Positions 1 to 12,056 of a stretch of 64,000 nt of DNA are shown piece after piece; positions within the stretch are counted from its first letter, which is position 1, and the number at the start of each line of letters is the position of its first letter. Below the pieces are notes generated by a model that saw only the letters and a list, made by a program, of their open reading frames with translations, did not search any database and was not told the origin of the DNA. This DNA comes from Octopus sinensis (lineage: Eukaryota), in contig NC_043004.1 of assembly GCF_006345805.1 (NCBI RefSeq), positions 6,200,001 through 6,264,000 on the forward strand, in the 5' to 3' direction. Both the position numbers and the translations under genes were made by a program.

Positions 1-610
1 ATAGCACAGAGTCAAACAAGGCTTTGTGAGTGGATTTAGTAGACAGAAACTGAAAGAAGCTTGTCATGTGTGTATGTATCTATATATGCATGTATGTAGT
101 GTGCATGCATGTGTATGTGTATGTATGCATGTGTGCGTGTGCATATGCGTATGTGTGTATGTATGTGTATGTGCATGCATACATGTGTGTATGTGCATGC
201 ATACATGTGTGTACGTATGTGTGTAAGTGTGTACGTGTGCATGTATGTATGTGTGTGTGTGTGTGTATATGTACATATGTGTTTGTGAGTGCATGCATAT
301 TTGTGTTTCCTTGTCGTGACATTGCATGACAGTTGTATGATTATTATGATACAAGCCATACAGTTCTATATTTAAGCAATGAAGAATTATTTACATTATT
401 TACATTTACAAATATCCGTCAAATGTAAATTATATAAATAAGACACAAGCCATGTTGGTCACTTCCAAATGTCCGTGAAAACACGTCTGGCTATGAGGCA
501 AACACTATCTTGCTTAGAAACAGGTGCAGGTTGGCAATAAAGGTATTCAACTGTTGAAAATCTGTATCAAATTCCATCTGCATGGAAAAGTGGACATTAA
601 AACAATGACG
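1..610 (+). mobile_element. tRNA-head-type SINE with RTE-like tail (head outside the window), central (TG/TA)n expansion at 66-300
   Basis: Shares gctttgtgagtggattt..gaaactgaaagaagc with other SINE copies in the window. Tail ...atggaaaagtggacattaaaacaatga. Confidence 0.7.
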
Positions 611-844
611 AATGAATAACACCTATTCTATAATTTATCTATAAAGAAATCAATAAACTTAAATCTATCAATGAAAAGTAAATTATTGGAAAACTTGGCT
701 GCACCATTTTTAACAATAAAATCTCAACTACTAGCAAGAACATAAACCTGATTTGTGGACAGTCCCTAGAATTGGCCTGCATTAACATGGATCAAACTGG
801 AAACATAACTAGAAAGGTGTAGGCTGTAAGAACAGCAAAATTAA

Positions 845-1245
845 TCATCATCAGCATTGTTTAATGTCTGCTTTCCATGCTGGCATGAGTTGGACGGTTT
901 GACTGAAGTCTGGAGAGCCAGGAGGCTGCACCAGGCTCCAATCTGATCTGGTAATGTTTCTACAGCTGGATGCCCTTCCTAATTCCAACCACTCCAAAAG
1001 TGTAGTGGGTGCTTTTTACATGCTACTGGCATAGGAGCCAGTCAGGGGGTACTGGCATCAACCATGTTCGGATAGTGCTTTTTACGTGCCACCAGCACAG
1101 GAGCTAGTCAGGTGGGTCTAGCATCCATCATGTCAGATAATGCTTTTTACATGCCACTGGCACGAGGGCCAGTCAGTGTGTACTGGCATCAGCCATGTTC
1201 GGATGGTGCCTTTTATGTGTCAGGAGGCACTGGCCACAGCCACAA
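845..1245 (-). mobile_element. 5'-truncated RTE LINE 3' UTR with about 65-bp tandem units
   Basis: Reverse complement of the 58435-59109 tail: (CAT)n, ttccatgctggcatg, ggatgcccttcctaa, then repeated gtgctttttac..gccac units. Confidence 0.8.
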
Positions 1246-3449
1246 TATTGAGTAGCGTTTCACTATTTCTTTTCTGATGAAAAACTTTGCTGAATGTTTT
1301 AGTTTCTCCTCTTCTCACAGCCCAACATACTTCGCTTCAGTTTATATTTAAATGGGACCATGAAGCTATAGCATTTGATGACATATAAAATGCATGTTCT
1401 TTAAAAAATTACCCCAAGTCTGATATGTAAACTTGGGTCTGCCATAAGATAATTTTGCTTAATGTTAAATGTGTGCAATTAAAATAGGGGTATGCCCAAT
1501 ATACCTGTGCATCATTTATGCTATCAAATATGGTATCTCTATGCTTTTGTTTCTCTGAGATTTTGATTCTTCATGACATGAACATCTCAAAAAACCTTAT
1601 GTGGTTTTCTCACAAGACAGTTGTTATACCTAGGTTTTTCTTAATATATAAGCTCAATATTTTTCTGCCTTATTGTATGACAAAAGCACCTATGTACTTC
1701 AAATGACATTTCAACAATAAATGATGATCAACATCATTTAACATCAGTTTTCCATGCAGGCATGGATTGGATAGGATTTGGTAAGCTGTGGGGCTATGTG
1801 GAGCTCTAGTATCAGTTTTGGCACGATTTCTACATCTGGATGCCTTTCTTAATGTCCATCTCTTTACGGTGTATCACAGGTGCTTTTATTCTTTTCTTGG
1901 CATCTTGGCACTAATGTGGTTGCCATATAACTTACAAGACAGAAAAAAAAAAAACCAGAGAAAAATGGAAAAAGCTCTCACTATTAAGTTGGGAAGGCAA
2001 TATTTGGGAAGGAGAGATGCTTTATACCAGTTGCTAAAAGGCTAAAGTTTGATGTAGGGACAAGCAGATGTGCCTTGCTTTAGAGAAGATACGTAGTTAC
2101 TCTGCATTATATAAGGGTGAGTGATAGTAAGTGGGAAGAAGATAAAGATGGTAGTAATGGAAAGTGCCAGAGTAAACTCACAAGGTAGAAGAAGGTGAGC
2201 ATAAGAGAGGAAATGGACAGAGGAACAGTGGGAAGAAGAGGGTGGATAGTAGCACAAAAGCGTGGTTTAATGGTAACTTCTACACAGTAATGCTTCAATA
2301 TTTTCAATTTGATGAAATAGTAAATAAATACTTTTTTTAAATAAATAAAAAATATCAATATTTCTCAACTGTTTGTGGTTATTGCTAGTGCAACATATCA
2401 AAAAGAATAGTTCAGGGGAAGGTTAAAACAGATTGATGGCTAAATATATTAATTTTCACACAACCAATATAGGCTGCCAAATGTTTACATCAATGTATAC
2501 GCATGCATGAATACACACACATGCACGCACACACACACACATCTTCTTTCCTTTCAATTCACTATACAACTACAAACACACACACTCTCTCTCTCTTTCT
2601 CTTGCATCTCTCAGCTTCACTCCCAAAATAAAAAATGACGGCTGAACCATAAATAAATGACCTATTCTATACTAAAGTCAGAACAAAGAACAGAAAACAG
2701 TAGCGCCAAGGGCTTGTAATGAGATGATAAATGGATCGACAAAGCATAAAGGAAAACAAAGGGAAATTTTTCGTTTTTTTTTTTTAGTTGTGTTTACATC
2801 ATTGGTATTATCTTTATCATTTGTATGGTAGTGACGCAGGCATGTCCTTGGAAACTGCAAGAATATCATATTTCCAATCCCACTTTAAATTCTTAGAGGT
2901 CTCATGCTTATGTAAAAAACTAGTATTATAACTATTACTAGCATCATCACCACCATCACTAATCGCTTTCTTATTAGCTACTGTGGCTGTTTTTTTATAC
3001 ATTTACTACTGTGGTAAATACAAGGAAACAAACAGTTAAATAACAAAATGAATAAACAAATAACAAAAAAGGCTGTTAGCAACTTTGTTGAACAAAATTC
3101 TAAGATTTATTCCACACTATTTACTTTGACAAAGGTCTTTTATTTTATTTCTTAAAAGAAACCATATTCTTCAGAATGTATCAAAAGTATTAGGAAAAAC
3201 CTGCCATTGTAAACAAAATGTACACCCAGATGAAGAAAACCAGACTAAACTTTTACCATTAAACACTACACACTACAGAAACCAATTATTGCCATTATAC
3301 TATCAGATCATAGTAAGTGAATAACAGAGATAGGCACATCCACCATATTAGTAGTAACTATTTCAAGAAATTACACAGAATAACCAACCTTACCCAGTTT
3401 TGTCAATTCAAGTTGCGAGGAGTGTAATTTAAGAAAATATCAAACTTAC

Positions 3450-3554
3450 ATTTTCAACAATAGCTAAGATATGTTCGACAGCTTCTTCTTCTTCTCTGAT
3501 GTGCTCTCTAGTAGCAAGAGCAAATGGATCTAAATCCTCATCAAAGGTCTCCAT
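3450..3554 (-). CDS. TRAK: Candidate alternative first coding exon of TRAK (METFDEDLDPFALATREHIREEEEAVEHILAIVEN)
   Basis: ATG at 3554, 35 open codons and donor AAT|gtaagt in phase 0, the same phase as the 11306 donor. Non-repetitive acidic peptide with promoter-like motifs upstream. Too short for the ORF track. Confidence 0.65.
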
Positions 3555-3738
3555 TAAAAACAAAAAGTATAAAAAATTACGCAATTTCTATAAAGGACAT
3601 GGGGATCCGTTCTTCTGCCTACGATGTATCTGATGTAATAATAATCGGCTGCTGCTGCTATGGGAATAATGGTATATAGCACAGTAGTAAGAGAACCAAG
3701 CTAGCTAAGGTTGCAGGAAGCAGACAGAGAGAAAGAGA

Positions 3739-3767
3739 AACTGAGAGAGAGCGGGGAAGGAGGGCGG
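3739..3767 (-). promoter_or_regulatory. Candidate core promoter: Inr TCAGTT (3744-3739), GC box (GGGCGG 3762-3767), GAGA runs
   Basis: The motifs are present about 190 nt upstream of the ATG at 3554. About 8 CpGs survive in 3410-3770 in an otherwise CpG-poor background. Confidence 0.45.
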
Positions 3768-4407
3768 GAGGGAAGGTATGAGGTAAAATTCTGAGTAATG
3801 CTGACAAGAAAGTGTATTAATAAACTGGCTGCTTTCTTCCTCTCCCCATCTCAATTCTAGACCATTCACTCTCACTAATTATTTCTTTGTAAATTATGTT
3901 TTTTTTTTTTTTAAAGAATTATAAAGCAAGTTGCAGAGAGCCAAGAAAAAGCATTAAAATAAACAACTACAATGTAGAAACCAATTTTGTTTTCTTTTTC
4001 TTTTCATTGAAACAATAAAGAATTATCGATTCAAATTTTGGCACAAGGACAGCAATTGGGGGGATGGGTGGGGTGTAAGTTTGTTACATCAACCCCAGTG
4101 TCCCAAAAGGATGAAAGGCAAAGATGACCTCAGTGGAATTTGAACTTTGAACATAAAGACAAATGAAATGCTGCTGAGCATTTTGTCTGGTGTGTTAATA
4201 ATCCTGAAAGCTCATCACTTCACAACAAAGCATTATTGGCATCAAAATTCTAAGATATTTTTACATCTTCTGCTTCAGAGAGTTTTAAAAAACAAAACAA
4301 AAAGCCCCCCCCCCCCAAAAAAAAAACATGAGCATGAATCAGTTAAAGCATTTGGATTTAAGAAAGAATTTGACCAAAGTATGAGGTGTGGAATAAATCT
4401 CAAAATA

Positions 4408-4776
4408 TTTATTCTTTTATTTGTTTCAGTCATTTGACCTCAGGACTTATTTATTCTTTGTAAGCCTAGTACTTATTCTATCAGTCTCTTTTGCTGAACT
4501 GCTAAGTTATGATTGTCAAGTGATGTTGTGGGGACAAACACAGACACACAAACATCATCATCATTGTTTAACGTTCACTTTCCATACTGCACCAGGCTCC
4601 AATCTGATCTGGCAAAGCTTCTACAGCTGGATGCCCTTCCTAATGCCAACCACTCTGAGAGTGTAGCGGGTGTTTTTTACGTGCCACTGGCATCGACCAT
4701 GCTTGAATGGTGCTTTTTATGTGCCACCGGCACAGGAGCCAGTCAGGCGGCACTGGCAACAACCACACTCAAACAT

Positions 4777-4836
<60 letters not shown>

Positions 4837-5012
4837 TATATATATCTATATATGATCTTTTTGCAGCTTCCGTCTACCAAATCCACTCTCAAGGCTTTGG
4901 TCAGCCTGAGGCTATTGTAGAAGACACTTGCCCAAGGTGCCACACAGTGGGACTGAACCCGGAAGCATGTGATTGATAAGCAAACTACTTACCACACAGC
5001 CACTCCTGTGCC
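4408..5012 (-). mobile_element. tRNA-head SINE (cagcatggcc/gactgaaac tail family) interrupted by an RTE tail
   Basis: Head ggcacaggagtggctgtgtggtaag. Body and tail are homologous to 62385-62761. Confidence 0.85.
4556..4764 (-). mobile_element. RTE 3'-tail insertion nested in the SINE microsatellite
   Basis: Flanked by acacacaaacat (4544-4555) and acactcaaacat (4765-4776), an 11/12 TSD. Confidence 0.8.
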
Positions 5013-5735
5013 TATACACAGCCAGGTTAAGCAAAGTTATTAAACAATCATTTCTTTTTCTATCCCTCATCATCAGTTTTACTGTCCAGTTTTCCAATGC
5101 TTGCAAAGGCCATACAGAGTCAGTTGAGGCAGATTTTCTACAGCTGAATGTGTGTCTTGACACTGCATAATTATTACTGTCATACAAGTAATGTCACTTC
5201 TTTCCAATATTCTATGAGAAATAGGTAAAGGTTGGCAACAGGAAGGGCATCCAGCCATAGAAAATCTACCTCAATAAACTCCATCTGACCCATGCAGGTG
5301 AGGAAAAGTGGATGTTAAAATGACAATGATGAGGATTACAAAAACACACACACACACACACAACCAACAAACCCATCATCCACACATAGTACATTTATTT
5401 TCATTACCAGCTAGGACAGGATGTTGTGCACAGCACTCGTTCAATGTTATAGAATCTATCCAGTTTGGTTAAGCTCACAAGTTTTGCTACATATATGGCA
5501 CAAAGGTCCTCTCAGCTGATTTCACAAGCAAACAACATTCAACATTTGGAATTACATTCCAAATAAAAACAAACAAAAAGAAAAAGCAAACATACTGCCA
5601 ATATAACTATTGTTTCCGGTGAATGTCTGGATAAAAATCTGGATAATTCAGAATTTGGACTCTAATTAGGCATACAAAAGGACTGACCGGAGCAATAAAG
5701 AGTTTAAACCTGAGAACAATTGTATGACAAAACCA

Positions 5736-6001
5736 ATCATCATCATCATCGTTTAACGTCCGCTTTCCATGCTAGCATGGGTTGGATGGTTCGACTGGGG
5801 TCTGGGAAGTCAGGAGGCTGCACCAGGCTCCAGTCTGATCTGGCAGTGTTTCTACAGCTGGATGCCCTTCCTAACGCCAACCACTCTGTGAGTGTAGTGG
5901 GTACTTTTTACATTCCAGCGACACAGGGACCAGAGGTGGCAGGCAACGGCCACGATCTGCTGGTGCTTTTTATGTGCCACTGGCATGGAAGCCAGTCAAG
6001 G
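5736..6001 (-). mobile_element. 5'-truncated RTE 3' UTR
   Basis: (CAT)n-cgtttaacgtccgctttccatgctagcatggg; close match to 34289-34585 and 47101-47378. Confidence 0.85.
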
Positions 6002-6203
6002 TGACTACATCAATATAATTTATGAAAACAGAATTAAAAGAACTAGATTACATAATAGAAATATCACAGAATTCAGTTAGCCATGAGCATTCCTAACAAC
6101 AAGCTAGTCCAAGAATAACATTCTGATACTGAAGGGAGATGAAATTCAGATTAAAATCTGTGATCCAGGCCAAGTATGCTTATTCTTTGGTAAAGTTGTT
6201 TCT

Positions 6204-6436
6204 TTTTTCTTTATTGCCCACAAGGGGCTAAACATAGAGGGGGCAAACAAGGACATACAATGAGATTAAGTCGATTACATTGACCCTAGTATGCAACTGG
6301 TACTTAATTTATCGACTCTGAAAGGATGAAAGGCAAAGTCAACCTTGGTGGAATCTGAACTCAGAACGTAATGGCAGATGAAATACCGCTGAGCATTTCG
6401 CCCAGCGTGCTAACATTTCTGTCAGCTCGCCACCTT
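6204..6436 (-). mobile_element. tRNA-head SINE with Nin-like central domain, TSD-flanked
   Basis: Head aaggtggcgagctg and domain gcctttcatcctttc...gtcgataaattaagtacc. ttctttggtaaa(ttt)gttgtttct is duplicated at 6183-6203 and 6435-6458. Confidence 0.85.
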
Positions 6437-6947
6437 CTTTGGTAAATTTGTTGTTTCTATGAGCAGAGAACCTTGTTTGGAGCGCTTTAACAAGAGGATT
6501 TTGAAAGAAATTTCATATTCACCTCATCAATGGGAGCCAGGTTTCTCTCGCAAGCCACTATCATCAGCACTCAAAACCCACCCTTTCATTATTTTGGTCA
6601 TATGTATCAATATCCAAACCCAACTGTGTGTTTGGATTGGCAGTGCCACCATAGCAGGCAGCTGAAGATATGCCAACAGGTCATCAAGGGAAATCTAAGA
6701 TTAATTATTCATTGAAATATCAACAGATTACTATGCTGGAATGCAGATTGCTTTGAAATTAAATCTGACCTGGTCAGTAACAGCCGACCACAGGTGACAA
6801 TTGTTTCAGTCACAAATTCATGAATTGAATGCTAATACAAACAAGAGGACATTAATGAAAACAATAATGTATTTGGTGTCAAGCAACCTGTCCATTTGAA
6901 GGAGTGTACTCAACTAATTATTTTCCAATTGATTAAAAAATTATGCA

Positions 6948-7305
6948 TTTATTACCTCCGCCTCAGTGAAGGCAGAGGTATTGTTTTCAGTCATGTTTGT
7001 TTATTTGTCCGAGGACAAGATATCTCAAGAACCGCTGAATGAATTCAGATGAAACTTTCCGGGATGTTTGGCCTCATGACTGGCACAAACTGATTAGATT
7101 TTGGGATCAATCCGGTACTGGACAAGGATTCTAGATAATCTTTCCTGGTTTTTTAATCAATTTTTGAGAGCAAGCGGGTTCATTTTTAGTCAGTGAAAGC
7201 AGCTGAGTTTTAGATATTCTCATTTTAAAAATCATCTCTGGCTAATTGTTGAGAGGATGCCGGTATTGCCTTGGTAGAGGTTTGTGCTCTGTGAGTGCTT
7301 TTGTT
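6948..7305 (+). mobile_element. Non-autonomous Helentron-type element (HINE/DINE-1-like)
   Basis: 5' attacctccgcc with nearby inverted ggcagaggta, 3' subterminal ggtagaggt, then short hairpin gtgctctgtgagtgc and a T-run. This is the HINE architecture. Confidence 0.7.
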
Positions 7306-9601
7306 ATCCATGTTTCACTATTATTCAGCAACACATTGCTTATCGTTTGTCATTTGTAAAGAAGGAAACCATTTTGCTGCAAATTGAAATATGTGCACGA
7401 GACATTTTGGTACAGCTGTTTTGGCACTGGTATTCTCCACAATCTCACTCACTCTCTCTCCCTCTGTTTAAGTGTGTGAGTATATTTCTTTTTATGTGTA
7501 TGAGGAGAGAGAAAGTATTTGGCAATCTTCTTCAATTAATAAATTGCAATGCCTCTGTGTGTGTATGTGCATGCATGCGCGTCTTCAGTGCCAAAAAGAA
7601 CGGTCACAAAATGCGGCTGGATGTCCAGCCAGCCATGCCAAATCATCAGTGTCCAAACAGCCATGCCAAATTGTCTCATTTTGCTAATACTTTCCCATCT
7701 GCTTGTGATAATATCCACTATATTTACCACTAGGCTTATTTCCAACGCTAATACCACTTAGCATTGCTTCTAGTAAACTCTCTGAGCAAATATTTTACCT
7801 TCACATCCAATCCTGTTCCTATCAACCAATCAGATTTCATTGCACCGTTTTTGCAGTTATTTAGTCACTGACAACACAGCTTTGACTGCAATGTTATTTA
7901 GCAATAACATTACAAAGTAAATTTGTAGTCAAATAACTGAAGTTATAATAGTAACTGACAGAGAAGTAAATCTAAAAATATTATCTAAACAACCAAGAAA
8001 GTTAGCAGCTTTTAGAAGAAAGTTTGGAAATATTTGCAACAAATATGTCACTAAGATAATTTGAAGTGGTTATATCTCAGGTTTACTTGAATAAAATAAC
8101 ATGATAAGGTACAGAAATTAGTTATTAGATATTTACTTAATATGTTTGGTCTTATAAGGAAAAACAAAGAAAATTATATAAATTCACTTGCATATTGATA
8201 AAAAAAGAAAGAAAATATTTTCATGATGTTATACAATCTTATCAATATATTTAATGAAGACATTTCATTTGTTTTGTGTGCGAAAGGGTCTGGATTCAAT
8301 CCTCAACATTTCCAGAACATTTTTATACATGCAGCAAGTAACCAGTCCACACTGTAAAGTGGTTGGTGTTTGAGAGGGTATCCAGCTGTAAAAACCCTGC
8401 CAAAATTGGCCTCACCTATGCTTGTGCCATGTAAATAGCACTGCCAGGTGGTTGATGTTAGGAAGGGCATCCAGCTGTAAAACCCATACCAAAACAAACA
8501 CAGAAGTCTGGTGCAGGCTCATGCCTGGCCAGCTCATGTCAAACTGTTCAAGGCAGACGTCAAACAATGATTTTAGCTGAAAATATTGAGATTATAGTAG
8601 GGTAGTTGTGAAAGGCTGGATCTGGTCAGTTTGGCCATAAAACAGAGAGAATATCTGGGCTGGATTTGACTGGTTTAAATGCTAAACGGTCAATATTTCC
8701 TAATTTCTTTAATGTTTTCTGTTTCTTGCAGCCTAACCAGAGGAATTGTATGATAAGTCATTATTCAATATAGAAAGTATATGACTTCCATAGTACAACT
8801 CAGTTTGACCACCCATAGGGCAGAGGACATATCTGAAGTCAAAGTTAATACATAAAAACAGGAAAAATAAAATCATTTTCTGAGCTATGATACTGTATGC
8901 AGTGTGAACATTCAATTTACCACTGAATATACAAATGGCCAGAAATAACTGAAGTCACCATCACCATTTTAATGTCCACTTTATCAGGCTTGCACAGATC
9001 AGACAAAATTGGTTGAGGCAGGTTTTTTCTAAAGCTGGATAACCTTCCTGATGCAAACCTTCACCTGTTCCAAGCAAGGTAATATTTTTCCATTGCTAAA
9101 CATGGTCATTACTTGAGACAAAAAAATTTCACTTGTATGACGATGATGTTCATTTACAGCCTTCACATAATGTCTAGCCAAAGGTACTCACACAAACAGA
9201 GTTTCCTTCTACCACATCAGCCCACAAGGCTTTTCATTGGCCAGGGGCTACAGTAGAAGACACTTACCCAGGGTGACATGCAGTGGGACTGAATCCAAGC
9301 CCACTTGGTTGGAAAGCAAGTTTCTTAACCAGACAGCCATGTCAGCATTTAAAGTAAAGCCAGAGAAAAGAATATCTATATATTATTGATAGAATTTTAA
9401 ATATTATCTTCTACTTATTATTATTGAGCCATTTATGCATTTGTTGCATAGCAACCCCTGGTTAATTTTGAACACTAATTTATTATGCCTGACATATTGA
9501 TACCAATAAATAATGATACATATCCCAGGTGGTGGTAATCAAAGATATGAATGAAGCCTTTCACATTCACAGTAATAAAATTTATGGACGCCTGGCTGAG
9601 A

Positions 9602-9637
9602 AGAGAGAGAGAGAGAGAGAGAGAAAGAGAAAGAGAG

Positions 9638-9709
<72 letters not shown>
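9602..9709. repeat. (GA)n microsatellite, about 108 bp
   Basis: Direct reading. Confidence 0.98.
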
Positions 9710-9712
<3 letters not shown>

Positions 9713-9809
9713 TGACATAGTCAAATGAGAATTAAAAGGACACTGCTCAATGTTAGCAAGGAATATGCAATATTTTTCCTTTACTCAAAGTGGAGTGTAT
9801 GCCTCACTA

Positions 9810-9946
9810 GTAGGGTATGCCACTAATTTAGTAGGGTGTGGAAATATTTTGATAGGGCATGGCAATATTTCAATGGGGTGTGACAATATTTTGGTAGGGC
9901 GTGGCAATATTTTGGTAGGGTGTGGCAATGTTATGGTAGGGTGTGG
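9810..9946. repeat. 21-bp minisatellite (gtagggtgtggcaatattttg), about 6.5 copies
   Basis: Units start at 9810, 9831, 9852, 9873, 9894, 9915 and 9936. Confidence 0.9.
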
Positions 9947-11305
9947 GTTATTTCAGAATGGGGCATAAGTAAAAAACAAGTGAATAAAACTTGCAATCAC
10001 TGTGGTTATGATGGGGTATCACATTGAAGGGTTTAGTTACATAAATTGAACCCAGTACTTTTTTGAAAAATCTGGTATTTATTTTATTAGTCTTTTTTGC
10101 TAATCCACTAAGTAATAGGAATGTAAACAAACAAATACCAGTTCTCAAGTGGTGGCAGCAGTGGACAAACACAAACACACACTACAGCCTTCCTTGCAGT
10201 TTTCATCTACCAAGTTTATTCACAAGTCATTGGTCAGCCTGGGGCTATAACAGTCACTTGCCTAAGGTGTCATGCAGAGAGACTGAACCCAAAACCACAT
10301 GGTTGCTAAGCGAGCTTATTAATCACATAGCCATGCCATATACAAACTTTGTCCATTCATAGTGGGGTGCATGCTTATGTGTACACACACACATTTCCAG
10401 CAGTATTCAAGTGTACAGATTGTTAGATGGTGTAGGAATGTTCTTAATGGAGTAGCTGAGGTCAAAATGTTCCATATTTTTGAGAGACTAAGTGGTTCCC
10501 AAGGATGGAATGTCTTGACCTTAGCTACTCAGAATAATGTTAAATAGATGCTTTGATTTTAGATTTACGATTTACTGATGATAAATATAACATCATCATC
10601 AAATGTCTATTTTCCATGCTGACATGGGTTGGATGGTTTGATAGGAGCTGGCAAGCTAGAGAGCTTCACCCAGCTCCAATTGTTTGTTTTGGCAAGATTT
10701 CAACAGCTGGATGCCCTTCTGACTGCCAACCACTCAAGGTGCTTTTTATGTAACACACACATTAAAAAAAAAAAGAGGGGAAAAGAGAAAGAAAGCAAAA
10801 AGACTTTCAGTGATGACCACACCACACCTGTACTTTTTTTTTGAAGAGGTCACCATCCTTAAACCCATTCTAATATAATTGTAAATGACTAAATAAATGA
10901 ATGGTGAATAGGAATGGAGATCCCCCTTCTCTCTATCTCTATCTATCTATCTATCTACCTATCTCTCAGCTAATTTACCTACCTATATTTCCATCTATTT
11001 ATTTCCATTGTCATGGAACCTCATCCAAAAAAACCCCAAAAAAACAATGTTCTCTTCTTCTAAACAAAACCGCCAAAAAACATCTGTTTTATATAAATGA
11101 ACAAGATGTTTATACATTCACAAAATTTTATTTGGTAAGTTCCAGAAACAAAAGAAACCGCTAATAATAATGAAGAAATAAAAAGATTTTTTTTCTTAAA
11201 ATTCTGACGACTTGAGACATATGCAACACTTACTGAGGTTTAACGTACCTATTTCAGAAAACAATCAGGTACGAAACACTAATGAAAACTAATTCCATTG
11301 CTTAC

Positions 11306-11382
11306 CTCTTCGAGCAGACGAGTCACAGCCTCAATATCATTGTATGTTCTAGTCATCTGGGTTACACGCTGCGCGCATAAGA
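11306..11382 (-). CDS. TRAK: TRAK/Milton exon (77 nt; phase 1 in, phase 0 out)
   Basis: A+TC then [25 protein letters not shown], matching [29 protein letters not shown]. Acceptor ttttctgttttcag|, donor GAG|gtaagc. The preceding intron is 11383-39905 (28.5 kb). Confidence 0.97.
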
Positions 11383-11851
11383 CTGAAAACAGAAAAGAAA
11401 GCAATTAATATTATAATGAAATAACATTAAGATGTGAAAAGCTGTTTTGTGTCCCATGACACTGCGACCAAAATAAAATAGGTAACAACAATAAAAGGAG
11501 CTGAAAGATAAAAATTTAATTTAGATTACAGAAAAATTTGGATTGTAAAAATATGAGGGTGTATCAGGAAGTTCCCAAATCAGCCCTGTAAAAGTACAGC
11601 TGTACTCCAACAAATAATGTATTTCATATATCATTTATATTCAAGTTCCATCTCCTTTGAAATAGTTCCCTTGAGAATATAACAGCAATCACAGCTCCAT
11701 CATGTATGTCTCAGAAACATGGCAGAAATCCTCTTCCTGAAGGTTGTTCAATGCTGCCTGTGAATCTTTCAATTTTACTTACTATCTGCCACATCACCAT
11801 CATCATCATTTACTGTACATCTTCCATGGTGGTATGGGTTGGATGAGTCAG

Positions 11852-12056
11852 GAGAGCTAGCAGAGCACACTAGATGAAATGCTTAGTGGTATTTTGCTAG
11901 TCGCTACATTCTGAGTTCAAATTCTGCCGAGGTCAACTTTGCCTTTCATCCTTTCGGGGTCAATAAATTAAGTACCAGTTGCATACTGGGGTCAATCTAA
12001 TTGGCTGGCACCCTCCCCACAAAATTTCAGGCCTTGTGCCTATAGTAAAAGGATCT
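11852..12056 (+). mobile_element. Nin-domain SINE nested in an RTE-type tail (about 11793-12190)
   Basis: Perfect 10-bp TSD gatgagtcag at 11842-11851 and 12057-12066. Confidence 0.85.

Noticed and set aside
26-359. Overlapping ORFs rich in C/V/M/Y or H/T/I (also at 14681-15061, 17121-17457, 25111-25578, 55181-55532)
   Set aside because: Translations of (TG)n/(TA)n/(GA)n microsatellites.
2630-3002. CpG-containing unique block with two short minus-strand ORFs
   Set aside because: No in-frame donor; more simply explained as unmethylated DNA just downstream of the candidate promoter.
1-3449. Search for the KERDLELAARIG exon
   Set aside because: No matching sequence seen; it presumably lies beyond coordinate 1.
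7284-7733. 149-aa plus-strand ORF
   Set aside because: Starts inside the HINE end and crosses simple repeats; no recognisable domain.
9750-9968. ORF with VGCGNIL heptad repeats
   Set aside because: By-product of the 21-bp minisatellite; no splice or homology support.
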